From positions 1 through 64,000 of IMG/VR virus record IMGVR_UViG_3300035704_000001: a stretch of DNA of 64,000 nt. The stretch is one strand, 5' to 3'. The translations under genes and the position numbers were made by a program. This DNA is from a virus. Below the pieces are notes generated by a model that saw nothing but the letters and a program-made list of their open reading frames with translations, was not told the DNA's origin and searched no databases. This document shows, piece by piece, positions 54,354-63,607 of the stretch (position 1 is its first letter; each line of letters starts with the position of its first letter).

Positions 54354-55031
54354 ATGTACCGGGTAGCGGACCTCTGCGGCGGGGTCGGGATCTCAGGCGA
54401 CGGCTACCGCAACGCCGGCGTCGAGCCGGTGTGCTTCGATATCGACCCCGGCTGCGCGAAGTACTGCCCGGGCGAGTTCCACTGCCTGGACATCCTGGAG
54501 CTGACCGTCGATGACCTCAAGAACTTCGACCTGATCCACCTGGCCGCGCCGTGCCAGCGCTGGTCGGACATGTGCGCGTGCCGCCCCGACCTGGCTGCGC
54601 AGTACCCGGACCTGATCACCCCGATGCGGCCGGTGCTCGACGAGCTGGCGGAGAAGCACGGCGTGCCCCATGTCATCGAGAACGTCGAGCGGTGCTCGGT
54701 GCTCCGGCCGGGGCGCAGCATCATGCTGTGCGGCACGATGTGGGGCAAGGAGCTGTACCGGCACCGCAAGATCGAGACCGGCGGCGGCCTGGTGGTCCCT
54801 CCGCTGCAGCACCCGAAGCACGTCAAGCGGGCCAGCAAGGCTGGGCACTGGGAGCCGGGTACGGTCATGTCGATCGCCGGGCACATCGCCCCCATCGGGC
54901 TGGCCCGGGAGCTGATGGGGGTCACCCGGTACGTGCCGCGCGAGCGGCTGGTGGAGGCCGCGCCTGCTTACTACATGCAGTACGTGGCCGAGCACGCCCG
55001 CGCCTACCTGTCGAACCGGGAGGCCGCGTGA
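54354..55031 (+). CDS. DNA cytosine-5 methyltransferase (short phage type)
   Basis: motif I DLCGGVG; IV APCQ; VI IENV; VIII YRHR. Confidence 0.8.
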   Translation: MYRVADLCGGVGISGDGYRNAGVEPVCFDIDPGCAKYCPGEFHCLDILELTVDDLKNFDLIHLAAPCQRWSDMCACRPDLAAQYPDLITPMRPVLDELAEKHGVPHVIENVERCSVLRPGRSIMLCGTMWGKELYRHRKIETGGGLVVPPLQHPKHVKRASKAGHWEPGTVMSIAGHIAPIGLARELMGVTRYVPRERLVEAAPAYYMQYVAEHARAYLSNREAA

Positions 55032-56488
55032 GAGGCGCCAGGGAGCACGGCGAGCTGGTGCTGTCCGCAGTCATCGGCGGCCGCGGGTCGGTCCGGGCGC
55101 TGGACTACGTGATGTCGCGGCTCGGCCCGGACCAGTTCGAGGACACCCGGCAGCAGACCCTGCTGACGCTGCTGAACGGCTACGCCATGAGCACTCACGG
55201 CATCATGACGTCGGATGCGCTGGAGGACCTGCTGCGGGACAAGCCGGCCGGCTCCCGGGCGGACCTGGTGGCCTACTACGCCCTGCTGGCCGGCAGGCCG
55301 CTGCCGGAAGGGCACGCCTTCAAGCACTCGGTCGAGCAGCTGTCCGAGCTAGCCGCCAAGAGGTCCACCGGCACGGCGATGTCGGCTGCGCTGGAGATCC
55401 TGAACCACGGCGTCTGGGAGGACGAGCACACCCACCTCAAGGGCCACGAGGACGCCCGCAGCTACCTGCTGGCCGAGTTCGCCCGCATCGAAGCCGAGAT
55501 GCACCTGTCCGACTCGCCCGAGGGCGACGCGCACGACGACGCCTTCTCTGTGCTTGACGGCTATGCCAAGGCCAAGGCGCTGCGGGCGTCCGGGCAGGCC
55601 CTCGGGGTCAGGGTCGGCATCCCGTCGCTCGACGCCTACCTGGATGGCGGGCTGGGCAATGGCGAGATGGCCGTCATCCGGGCCGGGACCACGATCGGCA
55701 AGAGCCGGTTCTGCATCCAGTGGGCCTGGGACGCCAGCATCAAGCAGGGCAAGAACGTCATCTACTTCACCACCGAGACGCTGCGCCCGGAGATCTGTAT
55801 CAACCTGATCGCCCGGCACTCCCGCGAGCCTCAGTTCGGGCTGGCCGACGGGCTCAACTCCCGGTCCATCCGGGCCGGCCGGCTGAGTGCCGCGGAGGAG
55901 ACCGCGCTGGACGCGGTGGTCACCGACTTCAAGGGCGGGGACTACGGCCGGCTCCGGGTGGTGCAGATGCCGGAGAACTGCACCATGACCGCGCTGTCCA
56001 GCCGGTACGCGGCCATCGAGAAGATGTTCGCCCCGGACATGGTGTTCGCTGACTACCTGCAGCTGTTCGAGCCGGAGAAGCGCAGCAAGGACGCCCGGGA
56101 TTTCGAGAACCTGGCCGGCATCCTCAAGCGGGCCGAGCGCTGGTGCGGGACGTGCAGCAACGGCCGGGGCGTGGCGTTCGCCACCCCGTGGCAGGTGAAC
56201 CGCGGCGGCCGCGCCAACCTGCGCGCGTCGGGCGGCTACACCCTGGAGGACTCGGCCGGCTCGCAGGAGGCATCGAACACCCCGGACCTGGTGCTGGACC
56301 TGCTGGACCGCGAGGAGGACACCTCCAACGGCCGCCGGGCCCCGCTGGAGGTCCAGGTCAAGAAGAGCCGCAGCGGTCCCCGGGGCAAGCGGTTCCCGGT
56401 GGAAGCCGACTACGCTACCTGCTACTTCTCCGAGCGCGACCTGGGCGGCACGGAGATGGAGATGGTCCTGGAGGACGCTGATGCCTAG
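55028..56488 (+). CDS. dnaB: DnaB-like replicative helicase
   Basis: GIPSLDAYLDGGL; Walker A AGTTIGKS; YFTTE; FADYLQL; QVNR; KSRSG. Confidence 0.85.
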   Translation: MRGAREHGELVLSAVIGGRGSVRALDYVMSRLGPDQFEDTRQQTLLTLLNGYAMSTHGIMTSDALEDLLRDKPAGSRADLVAYYALLAGRPLPEGHAFKHSVEQLSELAAKRSTGTAMSAALEILNHGVWEDEHTHLKGHEDARSYLLAEFARIEAEMHLSDSPEGDAHDDAFSVLDGYAKAKALRASGQALGVRVGIPSLDAYLDGGLGNGEMAVIRAGTTIGKSRFCIQWAWDASIKQGKNVIYFTTETLRPEICINLIARHSREPQFGLADGLNSRSIRAGRLSAAEETALDAVVTDFKGGDYGRLRVVQMPENCTMTALSSRYAAIEKMFAPDMVFADYLQLFEPEKRSKDARDFENLAGILKRAERWCGTCSNGRGVAFATPWQVNRGGRANLRASGGYTLEDSAGSQEASNTPDLVLDLLDREEDTSNGRRAPLEVQVKKSRSGPRGKRFPVEADYATCYFSERDLGGTEMEMVLEDADA

Positions 56489-56684
56489 GCCCGGAGAGTT
56501 CGTCGGCTGCCCGGAGTGCTCGACTGAGGTGTTCGCGATCGTTCAGTGCGAGCGTGAGTTCGAGCTGCAGTGCGTAGCCGGGCACGTTATCCGCCGGTTC
56601 TTCGTCCTCGTCCCGCCCGACCCGCCCGCCCGCGAGCCCAGGAGCCCGCATGCTGCCGCGCACGCCGCTCGCCCGGATAGCTAA
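56481..56684 (+). CDS. small zinc-ribbon protein
   Basis: CPEC...CVAGH; GGAGG RBS. Confidence 0.6.
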   Translation: MPRPGEFVGCPECSTEVFAIVQCEREFELQCVAGHVIRRFFVLVPPDPPAREPRSPHAAAHAARPDS

Positions 56685-57180
56685 TGAGCAGGTCCCGTTC
56701 TCCCAGGCAGCCAGCTGGGCCGGGCTGCGGGGAGTATCCGACCGGGGTACCCGGGATACCTGCCCGAAGTGCGGGCACGAGGCCTCGTTCCGCGGCTATC
56801 TCGACCACGGGTTCTGTCACCAGTGCCGGACGTATTTCTCGACGGTGACCCTGCTGGCCGTGAAGTGGGAGATGACGAACTTCGATGCGGCCCGAAGGGC
56901 GCTGGACCAGATCGGCTACGTGCCGCTGGACTACGCCGGGGAGTGGGAGCACGCGCAGCGCGAGCCCGAGCTTGACACCCCGGCGCTGGCCCGCGCGCTG
57001 CGCACCTGGTGCGCAGCGAACCTTCCCGGCTGGGAGTCGAAACAGCTCGATCCGGGCCCGGCTCATGTGCTGGCCCGCTGTCTCGGCCTGCTGCCGCGCG
57101 TGAAGACGGAACAAGATTGCGACGAGTGGCTGCGCCGGTGCACCCAGGTCATGGGCCGGCTGTTCGGGAAAGCTACCTGA
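56650..57180 (+). CDS. primase-type zinc-finger protein
   Basis: CPKCGH..SF......FCHQC...F.AAR.L; next to DnaB. Confidence 0.6.
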   Translation: MLPRTPLARIANEQVPFSQAASWAGLRGVSDRGTRDTCPKCGHEASFRGYLDHGFCHQCRTYFSTVTLLAVKWEMTNFDAARRALDQIGYVPLDYAGEWEHAQREPELDTPALARALRTWCAANLPGWESKQLDPGPAHVLARCLGLLPRVKTEQDCDEWLRRCTQVMGRLFGKAT

Positions 57181-57199
57181 CTCGTGTTAGTGTTATAGT
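57175..57199 (+). promoter_or_regulatory. inverted degenerate class I site plus extended -10
   Basis: ACCTGACTCGTGTTAG (reverse complement CTAACACGAGTCAGGT) then TGTTATAGT. Confidence 0.6.
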
Positions 57200-57240
57200 T
57201 ATCCCGGGAACACCAGAAGATGAAGGAAAGGAGGCAAGCC

Positions 57241-57594
57241 ATGCCAAGCCCGAGAGTTGCAGACCGGGGAGAACTCCCCGTGCTGGGAGGATGGACTGCT
57301 GTACCGGTTGCAGGCCAGATGATCGGCGTGTCCCGGCAGTGGATCTTCGACATGATCACGGCCGGCAAGATCAAGACCGCGCGCCGGGTCCCCGGTACCG
57401 GTGACCGCCCGGCGGCCATCGTGATGCGGACGGCGGAGGTCGAGCAGCTGGCGGCGCTGCGGGCCGCCTCCGAGTCCTGCGCCGAGTGCAAGAAGCTGCG
57501 GAACCTGGGCAAGCAGCCCAGTCTCTGCGAGCACACCGAGCGCGAGGAGATCCGCGTGCCGGAAGAGGACCTGGAAGCCGCTGCGTTCGGCTAG
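57241..57594 (+). CDS. excisionase/AlpA-like HTH DNA-binding protein
   Basis: GAAAGGAGG RBS; VPVAGQMIGVSRQWIFDMITAGKI. Confidence 0.75.
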   Translation: MPSPRVADRGELPVLGGWTAVPVAGQMIGVSRQWIFDMITAGKIKTARRVPGTGDRPAAIVMRTAEVEQLAALRAASESCAECKKLRNLGKQPSLCEHTEREEIRVPEEDLEAAAFG

Positions 57595-57609
57595 AGCGTA
57601 GTAACGGGC

Positions 57610-57870
57610 ATGAGGTACTGCGGAAGCCCTTACCCTCCGGCGCCGACGGTGCACCGGGTCCCGCTCACCGGCAAGGTGTCGTGGAACGTGACCTCCGAGA
57701 CGCACTCGGACGTCACGTACACGGTCACCCGCTTCCCCGACGGCCACTGGGAGTGCGACTGCCTGGGCTGCCACTACGGCGCCCGGCCGGACGGGGAGTG
57801 CAAGCACATCGACCGGATTCGCGGCTGGCTGGCCGGGGACGTCGCGGCCGCCCTGGCCGCGGCCGCGTGA
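57610..57870 (+). CDS. SWIM zinc finger protein
   Basis: WECDC...CKHI; class II motif upstream. Confidence 0.8.
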   Translation: MRYCGSPYPPAPTVHRVPLTGKVSWNVTSETHSDVTYTVTRFPDGHWECDCLGCHYGARPDGECKHIDRIRGWLAGDVAAALAAAA

Positions 57871-57872
57871 TC

Positions 57873-58157
57873 ATGCTTATCCTGGACAGCAGGGGCACTG
57901 CAGGAGTGAGCATGAGCGTGGATACCGAGTTCCTGGCCGCTCGCGGCTGGGACATGAGCGCTCCCGTCGACCTCTGCTACCTGGACTGCCCGGCGCCGGG
58001 CCACCTCAAGGTCGTGGCCGGGACGGAAATCATTCTGTGCCCGGCCCACGCCATGGTGCTGGAGGCAGGCGCCTGGCACGGCGACTACACCGGGGCCGAG
58101 ACCCCGGCCGGCTCGATGGCCGGGGAGTGGCCCTGGATGCCCGCGCAGGTGGCCTGA
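57873..58157 (+). CDS. hypothetical protein
   Basis: C..DC...LCPAH; start uncertain. Confidence 0.6.
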   Translation: MLILDSRGTAGVSMSVDTEFLAARGWDMSAPVDLCYLDCPAPGHLKVVAGTEIILCPAHAMVLEAGAWHGDYTGAETPAGSMAGEWPWMPAQVA

Positions 58158-58381
58158 TGGCCGTGGTGTGGAACGAGGACCCGCTGGGACAGCTCGGGCC
58201 GCAGGCGAAGTGCCAGGGCTGTGAGAAGGGCCTGTGGCCGCGCGGGGAGAACTGGTCGGACGCGGACGGGTTCGAGGTCTGCATCAAGGTCCCGCTGAAA
58301 GACACCGGGACCGGGCAGCGCCCGGACTACGTGCTGCACCAGCCGATGCCGGCCGGCCTGCGCGGCGCCCCGGCCGTATAA
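58157..58381 (+). CDS. hypothetical protein
   Basis: TGATG coupling. Confidence 0.65.
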   Translation: MAVVWNEDPLGQLGPQAKCQGCEKGLWPRGENWSDADGFEVCIKVPLKDTGTGQRPDYVLHQPMPAGLRGAPAV

Positions 58382-58387
58382 AAGGAC

Positions 58388-58687
58388 ATGACCGCACCCC
58401 AGGGCCGGTGCGCCGGCTGCCAGGAGAACGGGCCGGTGCGCGAGGTCATCATGCACATCGTGAGCTGCGACGGGTTCGCCCTGCTGATACAGCAGGGCCT
58501 GCACCCGCTGGACCCGGCCCCGGAGTACGCCCGCTGGCTGGCCCAGGACCGCGACCGCGAGCACGCTGAGGATCTGCGGGGCCGCGTGGACGATACCGTC
58601 CGGCGCAGGGACCTGTCCGCGGACCGGTTCGCCGGCGATGACCTCCTGGGAGACAACGACGATGAGCAGCACCGGCAGATGGTCTGA
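58388..58687 (+). CDS. hypothetical protein
   Basis: class II motif CGTATAAAAGGAC-ATG; CAGC...H...C. Confidence 0.7.
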   Translation: MTAPQGRCAGCQENGPVREVIMHIVSCDGFALLIQQGLHPLDPAPEYARWLAQDRDREHAEDLRGRVDDTVRRRDLSADRFAGDDLLGDNDDEQHRQMV

Positions 58688-58961
58688 GCTGTTCGGTGAC
58701 GGGCGCAAGTGGCGGGTGCTGGAAGAGGCTACCGGGCAGGTAAACCAGGGCGGAGCGGTTGTCGAGTTCCGCCGCGGCCGGTTCGAGGTCAAGACGTCCG
58801 GGCACGCTTACGCCTCGCCGCTGTCCACCAACCTGGCGCTGCGCGGAGTGGTGCTCCAGGAGACCGACGACTCCGGAGCGCACGATATCCCCGGGTCGCG
58901 GGTCGCGGTCGGCCAGCCCGCCGTCAAGACCGCCCGGGCCGAGTTCGGGGCCATCTGGTGA
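58662..58961 (+). CDS. hypothetical protein
   Basis: GC3-rich ORF. Confidence 0.65.
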   Translation: MSSTGRWSELFGDGRKWRVLEEATGQVNQGGAVVEFRRGRFEVKTSGHAYASPLSTNLALRGVVLQETDDSGAHDIPGSRVAVGQPAVKTARAEFGAIW

Positions 58962-59155
58962 GCGCCGGGAGACGGTGGTGGTCCGAGCCCTGCGCGGGCG
59001 CGTGCCGCCACACCATCATGGTGTTCGCCGAGCAGCCCGGCACGGTGGTGGTGCACGCCGACTGCCCGCTGCCCGAATCTCCTGAAAATGCCCGGCCGCC
59101 CGTGCACTATGTGAAGGACTTTGATACCTGCCGGGCGGAAGACGGGCAGTCCTGA
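58958..59155 (+). CDS. small hypothetical protein
   Basis: GTGA coupling. Confidence 0.55.
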   Translation: MSAGRRWWSEPCAGACRHTIMVFAEQPGTVVVHADCPLPESPENARPPVHYVKDFDTCRAEDGQS

Positions 59156-59194
59156 CGCAAGTCAGCTTGACTAGTGTCAGGTGAATGATACGAT
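59151..59194 (+). promoter_or_regulatory. tandem class I sites with promoter
   Basis: CCTGACGCAAGTCAGC then TTGACTAGTGTCAGGT; TACGAT at N16. Confidence 0.7.
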
Positions 59195-60336
59195 CTTCCT
59201 ATCGGTGGATCAGGCCCCAGAGGCGGGTGGAGCGGTTGGCTGCAGCATCTCTTTGCACGGTCCCTGCCAGCTACGATGAGCTGGCCCGGGTCTACGGCCC
59301 CAGCATTTCCGCGGTCGTGCGGCGGTGCATCCCGTGGGCTAAGCCCTGGGATCGCGAGGACGTCGAGCAGTACATTCTCCAGCAGTTCGTGGCCAATGAC
59401 GTGATCGCGCAATTCGACCCGGCCAAGGTGGCCGACCGGGCCCGGGACCCGTTCCGGGCCCTCATCCTGGCCAAGGCCACGCTGTACTGCCGGGGCAAGG
59501 CCCAGGCGCTGGCCACCCGGTACGGCCGCGAGCTGTCGATCGCCGATGCCGAGGTGGGGGACGGCTCCTCTGCCTGGATCGACCAGGTGACGGACGGCGC
59601 GGTCGAGGACGACTACGGCCTGGACGACGACCAGACCGTGGAGCGGCTGCGCGCGTACCTGGCGACCCGCCCGCCGGCCGACGGCCAGCCGCACCTGCTG
59701 GAGATGTTCGACGACCTCGCGGCCCGCGCGGCAGCGGGCGAGCCGGTCAACTCCGTGGTGGTCCGGAGGAAGTTCGGCGGCACCCCGAAGCAGGCAGCGG
59801 GCTACCTGGCCCGGCTGCGGGCTGAACTGCGCGAGGCGGCCAGGGTCCGCCCCGCCGCCGCGGCGGACGAGGAGCCGGAGCCGCCGGAGCCGGAGCTGCC
59901 CGACTTCGAGGTGGATCTCGGGGTGACCGTGCTGATGGCGTCGGAGGTGCTGTGCGCGGCCGACATCCTCAAGGAGGCCTCGGGTAACCAGGTGGTCGGG
60001 TACTGGAGCGCGGCTGAGCATCCGCTGGCCGGGTTCGGCAGGACCTGGTACCTGAAGCCGGCTAAAGCCGAGCTGCGGCGGTACGCGCACCTGCGCGGGG
60101 AGAAGGGCGGCCACTACGAGGGCGGCCACGGGAGCCCGGTCAGGCGCGGGCTGATCCACTGGCTGGAGCGCATCGGCGGCCGGCCGGTGCCGCCGCCGCC
60201 GCGGGTGCGCCCGGCCGAGCGGAGGCCGCGGGCCGTGCACTTCGATCAGCTGGAGGCTGCCCTGTGGCAGATGCCAGGATCGAATCAGGCCAAGGTCGAC
60301 AAGATGCTCGCAATGGCGCGAGGGGTGTTCACGTGA
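59185..60336 (+). CDS. divergent sigma-70/ECF-like protein with C-terminal extension
   Basis: YDELARVYGPSISAVVRR...REDVEQYI...FDP...FRALI resembles region 2; start uncertain. Confidence 0.5.
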   Translation: MIRSSYRWIRPQRRVERLAAASLCTVPASYDELARVYGPSISAVVRRCIPWAKPWDREDVEQYILQQFVANDVIAQFDPAKVADRARDPFRALILAKATLYCRGKAQALATRYGRELSIADAEVGDGSSAWIDQVTDGAVEDDYGLDDDQTVERLRAYLATRPPADGQPHLLEMFDDLAARAAAGEPVNSVVVRRKFGGTPKQAAGYLARLRAELREAARVRPAAAADEEPEPPEPELPDFEVDLGVTVLMASEVLCAADILKEASGNQVVGYWSAAEHPLAGFGRTWYLKPAKAELRRYAHLRGEKGGHYEGGHGSPVRRGLIHWLERIGGRPVPPPPRVRPAERRPRAVHFDQLEAALWQMPGSNQAKVDKMLAMARGVFT

Positions 60337-60791
60337 CGAAGCTGGTGCTGCGGATGCTGACCGGGCAGGAGATGGCTGACGAGGATGCCTGGCGGTACCA
60401 GCAGGAGGTGGACCTCGCCTGGCACCGGTGGAAACTGGCCAGCTGCGAGGAGCGGGGCGGGCACTGGTGGTTCCTGGAGATCCACCCGGACGACGGTATC
60501 TACCTGAGCTGCCTCGGCTGCGGCGCCGACGTCGATGACCTCATCCCCGACGGGTCCGACCTGATGACCGGCACGTTCAGGGTCATGGAAGGCTACGACC
60601 TGACCCTGGACATGGGCGATGTCATCGTCAACGGGCGGTACCAGGATCGCGGCGGCTACTGGGCCTGCGGCGGGATGAACATCGTCTACGGCTGGCGCGG
60701 CCCGGTGACCGCGAGCATCCGCACCGAGAAGTACGGCGGCTACTTCGAGCCGGCGGAATATGACGTCTGGATCGACCTGGAGGCCGTGTGA
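60333..60791 (+). CDS. hypothetical protein
   Basis: GTGA coupling; CLGCG. Confidence 0.7.
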   Translation: MTKLVLRMLTGQEMADEDAWRYQQEVDLAWHRWKLASCEERGGHWWFLEIHPDDGIYLSCLGCGADVDDLIPDGSDLMTGTFRVMEGYDLTLDMGDVIVNGRYQDRGGYWACGGMNIVYGWRGPVTASIRTEKYGGYFEPAEYDVWIDLEAV

Positions 60792-61615
60792 CCCCTGACG
60801 AGACGTTCGCCGCGCTGCCTCCCGCCCTGCTGCTGCTCGGGCCCGGGAGCTGGGACGCCGCGCTGAGCCTGTACGAGGCGAATCGGTCCTCGTTCAGCAC
60901 CAAGGTGGAGAAGCTGGACATCGAGCTGGCCCGCTACGTCCGGGCCCAGGCCTACATCAAGCCGTTCGGCCGGGAGGTCAAGGTCATCCTCATCGGCCTG
61001 GACGGCGCCTCCGCGGCCGCCCAGGACACCCTGCTGAAGCTGCTGGAGGAGCCGCCCTCTTACGTCCGGCTCATCCTGGCTGCGGCGCTGCCGCCGGCCG
61101 ACACCGTGGTGTCCCGGTGCCGGGTGCTCGTGCAGGGGACCGCCCCCGAGCCCGGTACCGACCCCGAGACCGATGCCGCCCGGCAGACGGTGGCGGCCGC
61201 GGTCCGCGCCGCCCGCGACGGGCATGCCGAGCTGCTGGCCGCGACGACGGCCAAGTGGGGCGACGTGCACACCGCGCAGCTCCGGGCCTGGGCGGCTGAG
61301 CGGGCCGCTGACCGCTGGCTGCAGTTCCCCGAGGACTTCATCACCGGCGTCTCCATCCCGCAGGCCCTGGTCATCCTGGCGGCGCTGACCGCCTTCTCCG
61401 GGTCGCGCACCTCTCACCTGGTCGCGTTCGACCGGGCGTTCCGGAGATTACAGAGATTCGCACGGGTTTTTCCCGGGCCCGCGGCCGATGGGTTAGCCCA
61501 TGACACGAGTCAACGGTCACGGGTCCCAGAAGAAGCCTGCCCAGCCGCAGCAGGTCCCGCCGCCGCCCCAGATCCCGCTGGAGCAGCTGCAGCAGCAGTT
61601 CGAGGCCGTCCGTGA
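60788..61615 (+). CDS. DNA polymerase III delta-prime (HolB)-like clamp-loader subunit
   Basis: KVILI..D...AAQDTLLKLLEEPP...TVVSRC; the 3' end is uncertain. Confidence 0.75.
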   Translation: MTPDETFAALPPALLLLGPGSWDAALSLYEANRSSFSTKVEKLDIELARYVRAQAYIKPFGREVKVILIGLDGASAAAQDTLLKLLEEPPSYVRLILAAALPPADTVVSRCRVLVQGTAPEPGTDPETDAARQTVAAAVRAARDGHAELLAATTAKWGDVHTAQLRAWAAERAADRWLQFPEDFITGVSIPQALVILAALTAFSGSRTSHLVAFDRAFRRLQRFARVFPGPAADGLAHDTSQRSRVPEEACPAAAGPAAAPDPAGAAAAAVRGRP

Positions 61616-61907
61616 CGAGAACCAGGAGCGGCTGGCCCATCTTGGCCAGCTCGGGGCCGAGATGGACCCGCTGTCGTTCGTGCACGCCCGGATGGACTGC
61701 CTGATCGACTCCATCTCCCGGTTCGCCGGGCCTAACGGGCCGCGCTGGGCCATCATCACCCGGCTGGAGTTCGAGCAGCACATCGCCCGGGAGCTGGATA
61801 CCATCGAGAAGGAAGCCACTACGGCCCAGCTGGCCCAGGGAGCGCTGTGGACGCCTTCGATGATCTCCCGGTATGCCCGGGAGACCGGCCTGTTCAGGCG
61901 CCCGTAG
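61500..61907 (+). CDS. hypothetical protein
   Basis: GC3-rich; Gln-rich coiled coil. Confidence 0.7.
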   Translation: MTRVNGHGSQKKPAQPQQVPPPPQIPLEQLQQQFEAVRDENQERLAHLGQLGAEMDPLSFVHARMDCLIDSISRFAGPNGPRWAIITRLEFEQHIARELDTIEKEATTAQLAQGALWTPSMISRYARETGLFRRP

Positions 61908-61915
61908 TAAGGGGC

Positions 61916-62866
61916 ATGGCAACTTACTCGCAGTGGGCCCGGACCGGACCTCTCAAGCCTGTGACCTGGCTGTGCGGCGACGAGGCCGCCCTGATCCGCC
62001 TCGTACTCGACGCGTACCGCGCGGACACCCCCGGAGACTGCCAGTTCGCGCTGTTCGCCGCCGCCGGGGACAGCGGATGGCTCTGGGACGCGCTGCTGAC
62101 CGACTCCCTGCCCGAGTTCCCCCGGCTGACCATCGTGTACGGCGCGGAGAAGCTGACCAGCCTGGCGCCGATGGCGGCGCTGCTAGACGGCGCGGCCGCC
62201 GGCGGGTCCCGGGTCGTGTTCGTGTCCGCGGCCGCTGACTTCGACCAGGACAAGGAAAAGCACCTGGCGCCGCACCTGGCCGTCATCAAGGGGCACAAGT
62301 CGCGTCTCGGCCAGCTGATCCGGTGCTGTGCCCCGTCCAAGTCCGAGGACCAGGTGGCGCTGATCGCGTCCTGGTGGCCGGGGCTGACCCGCAACCAGGC
62401 CTGGACGGTGCTCCGCCGGTGCGGCCGCCTGACCCTGGCCGCGGAGGCGTGCGACAAGGCGGTGCGGGCCGGGCTGGCGCCGTCCGAGACGGCCATCACC
62501 GTGGTGTGCGAGGCCGAACCGGGTGCCGCGTTCGCCGAGGCCCTGGTGAAAGGCGACAAGGCCGGCGCGATGGCCGCGGCTCAGCTAGCCGGGCACGGCG
62601 AGACCGGCTACGGACTGGCCGTGCTGATCACTAAGCTGGGCCAGCTGGGTGCTATCTGCGCTGCGCAGAAGGCCGGAGCGGGCCCGCGCGATCTCGCGGC
62701 CCGGACCGGGATGGGCCGCTGGGTCGTGAGCCAGCTGGCCCCGTACGCCATCTCCTACGACGCCGGGCGGGTGGCCCGGTGCCGGGAGCTGCTGGCCATG
62801 GCCGAGTCCCGGCACCGCACCGGGGCGCAGGCCGGGGTGGCCCAGGCTGTCGTAGCCTGCTGGTAA
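61916..62866 (+). CDS. DNA polymerase III delta (HolA)-like clamp-loader subunit
   Basis: PVTWLCGDEAALI...SL...RLTIVYGAEKL; class II motif. Confidence 0.6.
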   Translation: MATYSQWARTGPLKPVTWLCGDEAALIRLVLDAYRADTPGDCQFALFAAAGDSGWLWDALLTDSLPEFPRLTIVYGAEKLTSLAPMAALLDGAAAGGSRVVFVSAAADFDQDKEKHLAPHLAVIKGHKSRLGQLIRCCAPSKSEDQVALIASWWPGLTRNQAWTVLRRCGRLTLAAEACDKAVRAGLAPSETAITVVCEAEPGAAFAEALVKGDKAGAMAAAQLAGHGETGYGLAVLITKLGQLGAICAAQKAGAGPRDLAARTGMGRWVVSQLAPYAISYDAGRVARCRELLAMAESRHRTGAQAGVAQAVVACW

Positions 62867-62881
62867 TCCGTAGTAACGGGC

Positions 62882-63235
62882 ATGTACCGCGTCTATTGCC
62901 GGCAGTGGCTGTCGTTCCTCACGTCCTCGGGGGTGGGGGAGGAAGGCCGTCTGGAGTGCCAGGTCCGGTTCCGTGACAAGTACCAGGGCCGGGTGCTCGA
63001 CGAAGACTGGCGGATCGTCGCGCCGGACAACGGCTACGGGCGTAGTTTTCTCATGCTGAAGCTGCCGAATTGCTGCGGCGAGTTCACCGGCGAGGGAGAT
63101 GCCCAGGCGCGAGCAGGGGAGAACGGGCACGAAGACCACCCGCACCAGGTAGTAGTGGCTGGTAGCGCGGAGGAGCGGGAACTGCTGGCATATGGGCGCA
63201 GACGACTCCGGGGAGCTGAAGATGGCACTCGCTGA
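62882..63235 (+). CDS. hypothetical protein
   Basis: class II motif CGTAGTAACGGGC-ATG. Confidence 0.65.
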   Translation: MYRVYCRQWLSFLTSSGVGEEGRLECQVRFRDKYQGRVLDEDWRIVAPDNGYGRSFLMLKLPNCCGEFTGEGDAQARAGENGHEDHPHQVVVAGSAEERELLAYGRRRLRGAEDGTR

Positions 63236-63383
63236 GGTGGACAGGCTGACCAAGGAGAACGAATCGCTGCGGATCATCGCGCAGGTCACGATGTCCGAGC
63301 TGACCCCGGCCCAGATGGGCCGCGTGCGGGCACGGCTGGAGCCGCTGGACGCGGGAGCGGGTGCTGATGCCGCCTCCCAGTGA
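63192..63383 (+). CDS. small hypothetical protein
   Basis: short coiled coil. Confidence 0.55.
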   Translation: MGADDSGELKMALAEVDRLTKENESLRIIAQVTMSELTPAQMGRVRARLEPLDAGAGADAASQ

Positions 63384-63603
63384 GCTGATCGTGGCCGTGG
63401 AGGTAGTTCCGGACGAGATTACACCGGAAAACGTGCTCGACGAGTTCATCGCGACCATGGACGAATGGGGACATCCGCCCTGGACGGACCCGGCTAGCGT
63501 GCCGATCGGAGAGCAGGTCATGCTGCCTGAGCCGGGGGTCCTGGCTGCCTGGGCCGGCTGGGGCAGCCGGCTGGCCCGGGCTGTCGGCTCCGGACGTATC
63601 TAA
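63367..63603 (+). CDS. hypothetical protein
   Basis: ORF fills gap before polymerase. Confidence 0.55.
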   Translation: MPPPSELIVAVEVVPDEITPENVLDEFIATMDEWGHPPWTDPASVPIGEQVMLPEPGVLAAWAGWGSRLARAVGSGRI

Positions 63604-63607
63604 GGGC

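Noticed and set aside
61440-61615. C-terminal extension of the HolB-like ORF overlapping the next gene by ~115 bp
   Set aside because: Low-complexity read-through; may be a lost stop or sequence error, so not treated as functional overprinting
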